Source: a virus (lineage: Duplodnaviria > Caudoviricetes). Taken from it: a DNA stretch of 47,932 bases. The notes below the pieces were generated by a model. The model was not told the origin of the DNA. It saw only the letters and a program-made list of their open reading frames with translations, and searched no databases. Within the stretch, counting starts at the first letter, position 1, and each line of letters begins with the position of its first letter. Location of the stretch: the IMG/VR virus record IMGVR_UViG_3300005739_000007, positions 1 through 47,932 of that record; one strand, written 5' to 3'. The position numbers were made by a program, and so were the translations under genes. This document shows, piece after piece, positions 1 through 8,297 of this stretch.

Positions 1-375
1 TTCTATATTTTCAAGTTTTCCATTCGTAAATTTGGCAAGATAATCTATACAAACATCTTTTGCTTTATCAGAAGATTCGTCTTCATGAACTGTTTCATAG
101 CAATAAAAATTAAGAACACCGTGAAAATCAGTTGGAATAATTTCTTCTTCGATAACATCCATATATCCTTTTAAGAAAGCATCATCGTCATCTTTCCATT
201 CATATTTTCTTTTACGCCAATACAAAACACCATCTTCATTCAAATAATATAGATCTAGTAAATTTTCTAGATCTTTGGTTTGAAACTCTTGATCATATGG
301 ATCTGGCAAAATATCCACAACTTCCAATGGAAGTGGCAGAGGGTAATTGCACTCTATTGAATCAAACATGCCCAT
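1..375 (-). CDS. Phage hypothetical protein, 3' end runs off the window (MGMFDSIECNYPLP...FQTKDLE...DFHGVLNFY...YLAKFTNGKLENIE)
   Basis: Translated by hand, absent from the ORF track. Open from ATG at 375 to the window edge; start overlaps the upstream stop (TAATG). Confidence 0.75.
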   Translation of the reverse strand, partial: MGMFDSIECNYPLPLPLEVVDILPDPYDQEFQTKDLENLLDLYYLNEDGVLYWRKRKYEWKDDDDAFLKGYMDVIEEEIIPTDFHGVLNFYCYETVHEDESSDKAKDVCIDYLAKFTNGKLENIE

Positions 376-542
376 TATGGATTCTCCTCCCACTGTGGAA
401 GCTCAACATTTTCGATTGGTGCAAAATATTGATCAATTTTTTGTTCGATTCTGCTAAATCTAAATTCATTAGAAATTAATACTCCTAATTGAATAATTAG
501 GATTGACAATATTGCAAACATTGTTACGCGATCTTGTTTCAT
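375..542 (-). CDS. Small 55-aa single-TM protein (MKQDRVTMFAILSILIIQLGVLISNEF...WEENP)
   Basis: Translated by hand. Exactly fills the gap between neighbours, has a hydrophobic stretch, and is TAATG-coupled to the downstream gene. Confidence 0.65.
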   Translation of the reverse strand: MKQDRVTMFAILSILIIQLGVLISNEFRFSRIEQKIDQYFAPIENVELPQWEENP

Positions 543-543
543 A

Positions 544-822
544 TTAGTTAGTTACATTATTTTTATGGTTTGAGGGATCTTTGATAGTTATTTCTTCGTC
601 TCTATCATTTTCAACTTCGTTCTCTACAAAATCCAGATGCGCATTTTCTGGCAAAACAAATCCGATACTTTGAAGAAAACGTTCAAAAGCATAAAGATGA
701 TCTTCAATTGTAGCTTCTTCACCTATTTCCATGCTTACTACGGGAAAATTACTTTCAGTTAAGTTATCCATAGTTTGGACAACTTTATAGCTATGAAACC
801 AATGTAAGTTTTTATTTTTCAT
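544..822 (-). CDS. Hypothetical acidic protein (start may be 771)
   Basis: ORF in a tightly packed minus-strand run. Confidence 0.6.
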   Translation of the reverse strand: MKNKNLHWFHSYKVVQTMDNLTESNFPVVSMEIGEEATIEDHLYAFERFLQSIGFVLPENAHLDFVENEVENDRDEEITIKDPSNHKNNVTN

Positions 823-1099
823 ATTTTTTTAGGGATTCTTTCAGTACTTCATTAATTACCTCATTAACGGAGATATCTCGTTCGCAAGATTCCGCAATTA
901 AAAATTCTAGAATTTCACGGGACCATTCACTAATATCTAAATCCATTTTAACAAATGGTTCAAGAGTAATTGCTTTAGTTTCTTCATCGAATTTGAAAGA
1001 AAGTTTTTGACCTTCTTCCCACCCAAGTTCTTGCATCTCATCTTCAGAAAATTGAATATAAAGATCTTTCTTTTCTAGAATTTTTTTAACTTTTTCCAT
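812..1099 (-). CDS. AbrB/MazE-like DNA-binding protein with possible C-terminal ribbon-helix-helix-like domain
   Basis: LYIQFSEDEMQELGWEEGQKLSF...ITLEP fits the AbrB swapped-hairpin pattern; C-terminal SREILEFLIAESCERDISVNEVINEVL is RHH-like. Confidence 0.55.
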   Translation of the reverse strand: MEKVKKILEKKDLYIQFSEDEMQELGWEEGQKLSFKFDEETKAITLEPFVKMDLDISEWSREILEFLIAESCERDISVNEVINEVLKESLKKYEK

Positions 1100-1104
1100 A
1101 TCTT

Positions 1105-1133
1105 ATTATGCTTTAAATTTGACGATCTGTCAA
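1105..1133 (-). promoter_or_regulatory. sigma-70-type promoter TTGACA-17-CATAAT, 5 nt upstream of ATG 1099
   Basis: Read directly from the reverse complement. Confidence 0.7.
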
Positions 1134-1472
1134 TAAATATTTATCACTAATTTGAATTTTATAGTGTCGATAAAAGTATAGAGTTTCTTTTATATCTAAC
1201 TTGTTATGAAGCTTTTGCCAAATTAAATCAATTAAAAGAGCCGAGACATCTTCATAAAGAAAATACCCATCTGATAAAAGAACGGGCTCAAGTCCCATGT
1301 TCTGATTGGCAATTTGCTGCAAGTATCTTTCGATATTTTGGCGCGCCGCTTTCCATTTTGAGTCAAGCGTTTCGATTTGCTTTTCTTTGGTGAGTTGATT
1401 ACGGAAATTTTGGTCGATTGCATTTGCTAGATTATTTACTAATTGTTGATATAGATTTATTGTTTGTTCCAT
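1113..1472 (-). CDS. Hypothetical protein
   Basis: 119-aa ORF in the gene run. Confidence 0.6.
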   Translation of the reverse strand: MEQTINLYQQLVNNLANAIDQNFRNQLTKEKQIETLDSKWKAARQNIERYLQQIANQNMGLEPVLLSDGYFLYEDVSALLIDLIWQKLHNKLDIKETLYFYRHYKIQISDKYLLTDRQI

Positions 1473-1635
1473 ACTTAAGTTTTCCTATTTCGAAAATAAA
1501 CTTTCCTATATATAAGCTATATTTTTTATACATTTTATTATCTATTTTTAGTATTTTAAATTCAGAATGTGTGTTCCACCATACCAGAAAATTATAACCA
1601 AAAACATTTCGGTGTTTAAGATTGATTATATTCAT
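1432..1635 (-). CDS. Hypothetical small protein (likely start MNIINLK at 1635)
   Basis: Fills the gap between neighbours; very AT-rich. Confidence 0.45.
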   Translation of the reverse strand: MNIINLKHRNVFGYNFLVWWNTHSEFKILKIDNKMYKKYSLYIGKFIFEIGKLKYGTNNKSISTISK

Positions 1636-1975
1636 TAGTGATATATTTAAGAAGATCAATACGGTTTCCAAAATGATCGCACGAACCCCAATCGCGCGCA
1701 TTTACATTTTCATCATAATATTCTTCATTTTCTTCTAACTTATTCTTGAGTTCGGTCAACTTATCTTCTGACAAATTCATACGAATAAAATCAAGAACAT
1801 GTTTTGCTTCTGAATCTGTCAAATGAAATTCAACATGCGAACCGTCAAATTCTGACCCGTAATTGAATTCAAATTTAATTTCTACTTCCGGACCAAACCC
1901 ATGAAAAGAGTTGTTACTAAAATCAGAAAAATATTCGGCTTTTTCTTCTTGTTTGGGTTGGGTTATTTTTTTCAT
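1616..1975 (-). CDS. Hypothetical acidic protein
   Basis: 119-aa ORF with ATGA overlap to the upstream gene. Confidence 0.65.
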   Translation of the reverse strand: MKKITQPKQEEKAEYFSDFSNNSFHGFGPEVEIKFEFNYGSEFDGSHVEFHLTDSEAKHVLDFIRMNLSEDKLTELKNKLEENEEYYDENVNARDWGSCDHFGNRIDLLKYITNEYNQS

Positions 1976-2556
1976 AGATAATATTGGAAATATCTACTAT
2001 TTATATCAAAATATTCATTGACAGTCAAGAACTTTGACGGCATATGATTATAAATTTTTGGCTTTTCATATGGTTTTGGGTACCAAGCTTTATTCACAAA
2101 AGCATAAGTATAAGAAAAAAGATATGAATTTGCTTTTTGTATATACTGTTTTTTATTAAAACGAATTCCGTATTTTTGCATTTTAGTCACAGTTCTTTTT
2201 TCACAATCCAATTCAAGAGCGATAGTATTTTTAAAACCTATTTCTAATCTTTTTTTATGTAAATTTTTCCCATGAATCCAATCTTCAACAATAAAAAGGC
2301 ACTCTTTGTCTGGAATCCATGTAGGCGGACCTTCTAAGAATTGATCTAAATGACAAGATTCATGCACAAGAATATCTAACCAATCTTGCATTTTTTCTTT
2401 TTTAGTTGCAACCGCAAGAGTTTTTTCATCAAAATATCCACTACATGGAATATTTTCTTGATCGACTTGATCTGTATATTCAAGACGAAAATTAATACCG
2501 TTTTTGACACACTGGGTCATGATATCAGATATTAACTTTTGTATATTTTTATTCAT
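1972..2556 (-). CDS. Putative zincin-like (HExxH) metallopeptidase-fold protein
   Basis: DILVHESCHLDQ plus downstream ELDCE as a possible third ligand. Confidence 0.6.
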   Translation of the reverse strand: MNKNIQKLISDIMTQCVKNGINFRLEYTDQVDQENIPCSGYFDEKTLAVATKKEKMQDWLDILVHESCHLDQFLEGPPTWIPDKECLFIVEDWIHGKNLHKKRLEIGFKNTIALELDCEKRTVTKMQKYGIRFNKKQYIQKANSYLFSYTYAFVNKAWYPKPYEKPKIYNHMPSKFLTVNEYFDINSRYFQYYL

Positions 2557-3341
2557 CGTATTCGATATGTTGTTAAACGGCCATCACGAATGATTGCGTA
2601 ATCTTTAAGGTTTGTGTCAAGATTCCAGCTTTCGTATTCAGTATTTAATGCAGTGGCTGTTGGCTCTGCAACATAACTATGTCCAAAAACTTGCTTACCA
2701 ATATTAGGTGAAGCCATAAATTCATTATAATAATCAAGCCACAAAAGACCACCTGTATTATCTTGACCCCCACGAGCAACGCCAACTGCTGAAATAAGCG
2801 CATTTTGACGATAAGTAACGTTTCTAAAATTTAGCCAAACATCTGGCAAAACTTTATCAATAACTTCTTCTACAGTAAAAGCGTAAGGAATTTGTTTCTC
2901 TACTATTCCAGCATGAGAAAAAAACCATCCTTGGGAACGGTGTGCGATTTTAAAATTTTCAATAAACCAATCGTCTTTAAGACCTTTATCATAAAAGACT
3001 TGACGAAAGGTCCCAATTTTACTTTTAGTTACCCCAGAGCACCAATAGGTTATACTTGGCGCAACGCTATTATATCCGCCTTTTTTATTATTATAAATGT
3101 AAGCGAGATCATGGTTTCCAACAAGAAAAACCATTTTACCAGTTTTTTCATTTTCCCAAACAAGGTCGCGTAAAAATAAACAGGTATCTTTAAAGCTTGC
3201 TACTTTAGGTGGCTCATGGAAAGAATCAAACCAATCACCAAGAAAGATAATCTCATCAAATGATTCTAGTTTTTCAATTTGAAAAATCTTATTAAGACTT
3301 CTTAAATCTTGATGGATATCAGGTATAATAAGAGTTTTCAC
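2553..3341 (-). CDS. Calcineurin-like metallophosphoesterase
   Basis: Motifs DIH, GDWFD, GNHD, SHAG, FGHS in canonical order; GTG start. Confidence 0.9.
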   Translation of the reverse strand: MKTLIIPDIHQDLRSLNKIFQIEKLESFDEIIFLGDWFDSFHEPPKVASFKDTCLFLRDLVWENEKTGKMVFLVGNHDLAYIYNNKKGGYNSVAPSITYWCSGVTKSKIGTFRQVFYDKGLKDDWFIENFKIAHRSQGWFFSHAGIVEKQIPYAFTVEEVIDKVLPDVWLNFRNVTYRQNALISAVGVARGGQDNTGGLLWLDYYNEFMASPNIGKQVFGHSYVAEPTATALNTEYESWNLDTNLKDYAIIRDGRLTTYRIR

Positions 3342-3347
3342 TTTAAT

Positions 3348-3376
3348 ATTATACTTACAATTTACTTACGTGTCAA
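3348..3376 (-). promoter_or_regulatory. Perfect-consensus sigma-70 promoter TTGACA-17-TATAAT, 6 nt before GTG 3341
   Basis: Plus strand reads attata at 3348-3353 and tgtcaa at 3371-3376. Confidence 0.85.
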
Positions 3377-3770
3377 TTTCTTTATCCCACAAAAACACTA
3401 CATTATCATAATGTGAGAAATTTTTTTCTAATCCAGGCTTAAGAACTTCTTCCCATATTTTATATCGATTTGCCAGTCCACCACCAAGCTGTGAAATATA
3501 AAAAATTTTATCCATATTTTTTTCAATAAAAAGTTGTAGTTCAAGTGCGTAAACATTAAAATCAATTCTATAATGCTCGGGTTTATAAAAAGATTCTTCT
3601 CGATTATCTGGATTTCTTTTAGTTATAAAACCATAAGTTTGTTTATGGTCTCTTAGCGCCGCCGCTCCACCATAACCTACTCTACGAAGATTGTCACCAA
3701 ACACAAATATAGCATTTGGATTTTCGTCTAGGAATTGTTTTGTAACAATAAAATTTTTGTATTTAGCCAT
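3366..3770 (-). CDS. Macro-domain-like phage protein (A1S_2505-like)
   Basis: IFVFGDNL.R.G.GGAA...GFITK...SQLGGGLA pattern; likely start MAKYK at 3770. Confidence 0.5.
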   Translation of the reverse strand: MAKYKNFIVTKQFLDENPNAIFVFGDNLRRVGYGGAAALRDHKQTYGFITKRNPDNREESFYKPEHYRIDFNVYALELQLFIEKNMDKIFYISQLGGGLANRYKIWEEVLKPGLEKNFSHYDNVVFLWDKEIDT

Positions 3771-3771
3771 A

Positions 3772-4149
3772 TTATCCAAGTCCAAAGTTAATTACACTTT
3801 TAAACTTTTCTGGCTTTTTTATTTCTATCCATTTCATTGATTTAAAATTGGCTTCAAACCAAGTTTCTTCAAATTCTTCGGACATTGCATAAACGCCTTC
3901 GAACATTTTTTCAATAACTATATATTTAAACACCCCACCTTCATCAAGACCATTAATACCAAATTTTTCTATAAAATGTAAAGCGTCACTATATCTTGTA
4001 TAAAAACCAACACATCTACAATGTTTACCAGATTCTTCTGGTACCATAGTTATGGTATAAATTGATTCTTTTTTATTATCAAACTGACGAGTTTCTAAAA
4101 GAGTATTATGATTATAAAGAACTTCGTACTTTGGAGAATCTTCGCTCAT
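3772..4149 (-). CDS. Hypothetical protein
   Basis: ORF; ATGA overlap at 4146-4149 supports start 4149. Confidence 0.65.
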   Translation of the reverse strand: MSEDSPKYEVLYNHNTLLETRQFDNKKESIYTITMVPEESGKHCRCVGFYTRYSDALHFIEKFGINGLDEGGVFKYIVIEKMFEGVYAMSEEFEETWFEANFKSMKWIEIKKPEKFKSVINFGLG

Positions 4150-4802
4150 GTCCAAAAATATTGTCTGTACTCGATAACATTTTTTAAAACTTTTGTATCT
4201 TTATCAGAAATTAATTTTTCCAAACGGTGAACTTCTGCATAATCTGTTTCATAAGTTTCACGTTTAATTTCCGTCAAACGTTTTGCAGTTAATGGTGGGT
4301 AAGCGGCATCCAAATCTTTTTGTAATTGAGGCCTCTCAACGGTCACATATTGATAAGCTTTTTCAAGCCATTTTGCAAACTTAGCAGTATGTTGTCCAGA
4401 TGCTTCCCAATCTACCCATCCACTTTTATATTCATCTTCATAAAAGCCTTTAATGAAAGCAAAATTTACGTCTTCAATAAGAATGCAAACATCAGTCCAA
4501 GTATTAGGAATTGCGGCACGGTATTTTTTATTTTTAGGATTAAAAAAACATTTAAATTCATACCAAGCGTTACGAATTTTGTAAGGAATTTTATAAGAAA
4601 TATTCTTTTTAAACACGAGCCATTTAAGCCAAACCCCTAAATTAAATTTTGTACGCCATGTTCTTTTGTATGTAGCTGGATCAATAATATTGATTTTCTT
4701 AGTGCTTGCAGAAAAATCTTTAACATTTGTTTTCATTTTTTCTACTTTACGAGTAGTTTTAACAGTTTTATTTGGTTTAATTTTTACTTGTTTCTTTTTC
4801 AT
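4146..4802 (-). CDS. Hypothetical protein, basic N-terminus
   Basis: 218-aa ORF coupled to both neighbours. Confidence 0.7.
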   Translation of the reverse strand: MKKKQVKIKPNKTVKTTRKVEKMKTNVKDFSASTKKINIIDPATYKRTWRTKFNLGVWLKWLVFKKNISYKIPYKIRNAWYEFKCFFNPKNKKYRAAIPNTWTDVCILIEDVNFAFIKGFYEDEYKSGWVDWEASGQHTAKFAKWLEKAYQYVTVERPQLQKDLDAAYPPLTAKRLTEIKRETYETDYAEVHRLEKLISDKDTKVLKNVIEYRQYFWT

Positions 4803-5962
4803 GGCATAAATCCTATTTTTGGTTTTTCAAGGCTTTTAATATTTCCAATAAGTTCTTCATCGCTTTTTGCATAATATATGTCAGCTAGGGTCATATTATC
4901 TTCAGGTTTGATATCAATGTCAAGTTTTTTAATAAGTTTTTCAGCTTGTTTTTTATTAAGGCCTTGAAATGAGTATTCAGCTTTCAATCTTCCTTTACGA
5001 AGTAAAGCCTCGTCAATATCTTGACGATCACAGTTGTAAGTAACAATAACATTCAATTTAAGAACGTCACCTAAAATACCATCGGTCATGTTTAATAATG
5101 TGGAGACAAGTGAAGGTTGATCTGAAAGATGACGTTTAGTAAGTGCTTTTTCCGCATCTTCAAGAATCATTACGCAGTCCTGCTTTTTCTTTAATAAAGA
5201 AAGAATAGAAGGATTTGTAATTTCATCTACAAATGAAGTAGGGAAGAAAATAACATCTTTTTTAAGTACTGAGGCTAAGTATCTTATGTAAGTTGTTTTA
5301 CCTGTTCCAGGCCTACCATGAAGCATATAAAGCCCAGAAGAATTTTCGTGAAGCGATTTAATCATTTTATCACTCATTCTTTGAAATTCTTCACCATAGT
5401 TTAATTCAAGGTCAAACGTTTCTGGCAAGTTAATATTGAATTTAGAAAAATTAAAATTACCATAATCTTGATTAACCATGAAAACATTTGGACGTTTATC
5501 CATATCCATAAACTGTGTAAATTCTTCATTAACACATTCTTTGCTAGTAGGATAATAAAACATTAATTTGCATTTATCTTTATCGCGCCCACTTTCAGAA
5601 CTGATTTGTATAAAATTATCTTTATAAAAATAAATAGAACCATCTTCATAATCAAAACTTGGTATAATAACCTCTCCACCAACGATAAATGGTTCCTCTC
5701 CCTCTTCTTGTTCTAATTCATCTATAGTTTTAGAAACTAAAACCTCTTCACCAATTTGAACAAGTTGGCCACCATTTTTATTAAGATAGTCAATAATTTT
5801 ATCTTTAAAGAAATTTTCTCTATATCTTTTATATGATGGCATTTCTCCTTCATATAGAGAAGTGATTAAAGCAATGGGATTTATAAACTCCGAATGGAAT
5901 AATCCAGTTAAAGTTAATTCTGGTAATTTAGATTTAGGAATTCTGTAAGAAAATTTACTCAT
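4799..5962 (-). CDS. AAA+ ATPase (BCS1-like C-terminal AAA domain)
   Basis: Walker A GRPGTGKT, Walker B MILEDAE, LLNMTDG, SRH IDEALLRKGRL. Confidence 0.9.
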   Translation of the reverse strand: MSKFSYRIPKSKLPELTLTGLFHSEFINPIALITSLYEGEMPSYKRYRENFFKDKIIDYLNKNGGQLVQIGEEVLVSKTIDELEQEEGEEPFIVGGEVIIPSFDYEDGSIYFYKDNFIQISSESGRDKDKCKLMFYYPTSKECVNEEFTQFMDMDKRPNVFMVNQDYGNFNFSKFNINLPETFDLELNYGEEFQRMSDKMIKSLHENSSGLYMLHGRPGTGKTTYIRYLASVLKKDVIFFPTSFVDEITNPSILSLLKKKQDCVMILEDAEKALTKRHLSDQPSLVSTLLNMTDGILGDVLKLNVIVTYNCDRQDIDEALLRKGRLKAEYSFQGLNKKQAEKLIKKLDIDIKPEDNMTLADIYYAKSDEELIGNIKSLEKPKIGFMP

Positions 5963-5963
5963 A

Positions 5964-6152
5964 TTAAAAAGGATCTAAACCAAAAAATGTAGATAAAACT
6001 ACTTCAACACATGCTTGTTTATGTAAACGAGTATTTAAAGCAAGATATAAATCATTTTCACGTTCACGATTAGTATCGTTTGCATAATATTTAACTAGAA
6101 GTTCTGCCATTCGTTTAATTTCTTTTTTTGTTGGTTTCTTGAATTTGCTCAT
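5964..6152 (-). CDS. Hypothetical small protein
   Basis: 62-aa ORF downstream of a TTGATT-16-TATAAT element (6181-6208). Confidence 0.6.
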   Translation of the reverse strand: MSKFKKPTKKEIKRMAELLVKYYANDTNRERENDLYLALNTRLHKQACVEVVLSTFFGLDPF

Positions 6153-6216
6153 AAGAGAACTTGCTTCACACGCTTTATTTATTATAAATAAATTTATTAA
6201 ATAATCAAGAAGAAAG

Positions 6217-6298
6217 TGCCCAAAGAGGGACTTGAACCCCCATTCCTTACGGAAACAGATCCTAAGTCTGTCGTGTCTGCCAATTTCACCATTTGGGC
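6217..6298 (-). tRNA. tRNA-Leu(TAG)
   Basis: GCCCAAA/TTTGGGC acceptor stem, ACAGA-CT-TAG-GA-TCTGT anticodon arm, long variable arm, GGTTCAAGTCC T-loop; CCA not encoded. Confidence 0.93.
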
Positions 6299-6300
6299 AT

Positions 6301-6374
6301 TGGTGGAGATAACAGGAATCGAACCAGTATCCGCTGAATGCAAATCAGCTGTTTTACCATTAAACTATATCCCC
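6301..6374 (-). tRNA. tRNA-Ala(TGC)
   Basis: GGGGATA/TATCTCC acceptor with the G3:U70 Ala determinant, GCTGA-TT-TGC-AT-TCAGC arm, encoded CCA; one T-stem mismatch. Confidence 0.93.
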
Positions 6375-6377
6375 AAT

Positions 6378-6449
6378 TAGGCGATGAGGGATTTGAACCC
6401 CCGACAGCCTCGGTGTAAACGAGGTGCTCTACCCCTGAGCTAATCGCCT
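6378..6449 (-). tRNA. tRNA-Val(TAC)
   Basis: AGGCGAT/ATCGCCT acceptor, CCTCG-TT-TAC-AC-CGAGG arm, GGTTCAAATCC T-loop; CCA not encoded. Confidence 0.93.
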
Positions 6450-6712
6450 TTATTAAATTTTAACCAACTATAAACTAATATTATACACATTATTAACCCA
6501 ACAGAGTAATTGGCAAACCACCAAATTCCAAATTGAGTTAAAAACATATAAATCATCCCAGATATGTAACCACAAATTGACATTAATATCAAGCTTAAAG
6601 AAACATCTTTGGAAGACTGATTTTTAAAAATTTTTAAGATTTGTGGAATATAACAAAACATAAAACTAATTGTCATTATTATTCCAAATATTTGTGCGAG
6701 TGTTTCTTTCAT
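6440..6712 (-). CDS. PQ-loop / SemiSWEET-like 3-TM membrane protein
   Basis: YIPQILKIFKNQSSKDVS motif and three hydrophobic helices in 90 aa. Confidence 0.85.
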   Translation of the reverse strand: MKETLAQIFGIIMTISFMFCYIPQILKIFKNQSSKDVSLSLILMSICGYISGMIYMFLTQFGIWWFANYSVGLIMCIILVYSWLKFNKGD

Positions 6713-7131
6713 TAGTATATTTTAGGTATTTTAAACTTATTTTCAAACCATTTTATTAATTTTTTCTTTTCGCTCTTTAAATATGAGAAACGATATTGTC
6801 CAAATATTTTTCTCATTCCCCACGCATCCCATTCTTGTTTAGCCCAATGCTCTACCCAGTTTTCAGCTTTAAATGATTTAATAGCTGAATAGTCTTCATC
6901 TTCATGAAATTTTTTCCATTTACCTTTACGGGCGCAATAAATATGTCCTAATTCATGGAACACAGCTTCAGCTAACCCTTTTCTTGTTAATTTTTTGTCT
7001 ATATAAATAATTTCATTTTTAACGTCAGCTTCCCCGTCTAGTTCTTTATTAAAACGAGTACGAAAAACAACTTTTACGCCATATTGTAGGCAAATCTGGC
7101 GTAAAAATCGGATGGTTTTTTCTCGATTCAT
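6712..7131 (-). CDS. ImmA/IrrE-like HExxH metallopeptidase-fold protein
   Basis: G.A....IIYID...AVFHELGHIY...AENW. Confidence 0.65.
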   Translation of the reverse strand: MNREKTIRFLRQICLQYGVKVVFRTRFNKELDGEADVKNEIIYIDKKLTRKGLAEAVFHELGHIYCARKGKWKKFHEDEDYSAIKSFKAENWVEHWAKQEWDAWGMRKIFGQYRFSYLKSEKKKLIKWFENKFKIPKIY

Positions 7132-7137
7132 ATTATT

Positions 7138-7166
7138 ATTTTAATTTTTAAAATAAAAACTATCTA
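7138..7166 (-). promoter_or_regulatory. sigma-70-type promoter TAGATA-17-TAAAAT, 6 nt before ATG 7131
   Basis: Same geometry as the other leaderless promoters; weaker match. Confidence 0.5.
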
Positions 7167-7172
7167 TTTTAT

Positions 7173-7178
7173 GTGTAA
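7173..7178 (+). promoter_or_regulatory. GTGTAA motif (candidate phage-sigma/late promoter)
   Basis: 11 nt before ATG 7190; recurs before four other genes. Confidence 0.55.
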
Positions 7179-7189
7179 ATATAAAAAGA

Positions 7190-7528
7190 ATGAATCCATC
7201 TCTTATTAAAACAGAATATTTGGCAACAGGGCAAGCAGCCCCTTTTACTGGTCAATGGGTAAATACCGCATTATGTAAAAATGGTTTTATTGTTATTTAT
7301 GCTAGTGGTTCAAGCGTTAGCATTGACTTACAAGCTAAAACAGAATTAGATCAAAACCCAATGTTCTTAGCGGGTGGTTCAGCTGAAGCTGTATCTTTTT
7401 ATACAGCAACTGGTGTTGGTGCTGGATATGGAGACCCTATATTCTTTGATTCTCCAATCGCAGAAATAAGATTAGCAGCTACAGCTGGGACTGCTCCAGT
7501 ATTTGCTTATATAACTTACCAAAACTAA
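7190..7528 (+). CDS. Hypothetical Ala/Gly/Thr-rich beta-rich protein, possibly virion-associated
   Basis: Composition unlike the Lys-rich neighbours; preceded by GTGTAA. Confidence 0.65.
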   Translation: MNPSLIKTEYLATGQAAPFTGQWVNTALCKNGFIVIYASGSSVSIDLQAKTELDQNPMFLAGGSAEAVSFYTATGVGAGYGDPIFFDSPIAEIRLAATAGTAPVFAYITYQN

Positions 7529-7740
7529 TCTTCAAGATCTTCTTGAATTGGCTTTGGTTTAAAACCAGACTTTCTTTTATTAAGATAAGCCATATTAGGC
7601 TCAAGTTTATATTCTGGATGATCTGTATGAACTTGTGAATCTTCTACTGTCCACATTCCCATAAATGTCCATTTCATTTTTTTATCAAGCTTTTTCCAAA
7701 GCTCGCCGCCTTTTAATACTTGCATAGATGGCCAATACAT
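7525..7740 (-). CDS. Hypothetical small protein
   Basis: 71-aa ORF. Confidence 0.55.
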   Translation of the reverse strand: MYWPSMQVLKGGELWKKLDKKMKWTFMGMWTVEDSQVHTDHPEYKLEPNMAYLNKRKSGFKPKPIQEDLED

Positions 7741-7752
7741 AAACTAATTATA

Positions 7753-8238
7753 CTAAAATATTTTAAAAAGTCTAGACTTTTTTTTATTTTGACTCTCAAT
7801 AAAAATATTAAAGTAATCAAAAATTCCTTTATTCCAAATAACTAAGTATTGAAATGCATCAATCGCTGGCATTACTCCCATACTCATTATTTCTTCATTT
7901 ATAATTCTATCGTGAGGTTCAAAATTATCAGTAAAATCATACAGATAATCGAGTACTTTTTGTTTATCATCAAAAACTGCGGAATCTACCATAACATCAG
8001 AAAACCAATTTTCTCCATCAATTTTTTTCTTTTGAGATTTAAAAACACTTGTAAATACAATATATTGATTAGATTCTTTTAGATATACTCCAAATATTAC
8101 ATAAAATAAATTTTTTGTTTTTCTTTTACTAAATTTTTTAGAAACATCTGCGACCAATCGTTTTGGAACAGCCCCAAACATAACATCAAGATGTAATCCA
8201 TTTAATTCTTCTATATTTAGAATGTGTTGTAAATCCAT
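7753..8238 (-). CDS. Hypothetical protein
   Basis: 161-aa ORF. Confidence 0.65.
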   Translation of the reverse strand: MDLQHILNIEELNGLHLDVMFGAVPKRLVADVSKKFSKRKTKNLFYVIFGVYLKESNQYIVFTSVFKSQKKKIDGENWFSDVMVDSAVFDDKQKVLDYLYDFTDNFEPHDRIINEEIMSMGVMPAIDAFQYLVIWNKGIFDYFNIFIESQNKKKSRLFKIF

Positions 8239-8283
8239 GATTATAAATTATTATATAAATAGTATAATTAAAAATATAAAAAA

Positions 8284-8289
8284 GTGTAA
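8284..8289 (+). promoter_or_regulatory. GTGTAA motif
   Basis: 8 nt before ATG 8298. Confidence 0.55.
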
Positions 8290-8297
8290 TTAATAAA

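Noticed and set aside
4799-4825. C-terminal KIGF of the AAA ATPase as a ClpP-docking IGF loop
   Set aside because: A terminal IGF is common in this kind of ATPase and is not positioned like the ClpX internal loop. There is no supporting context.
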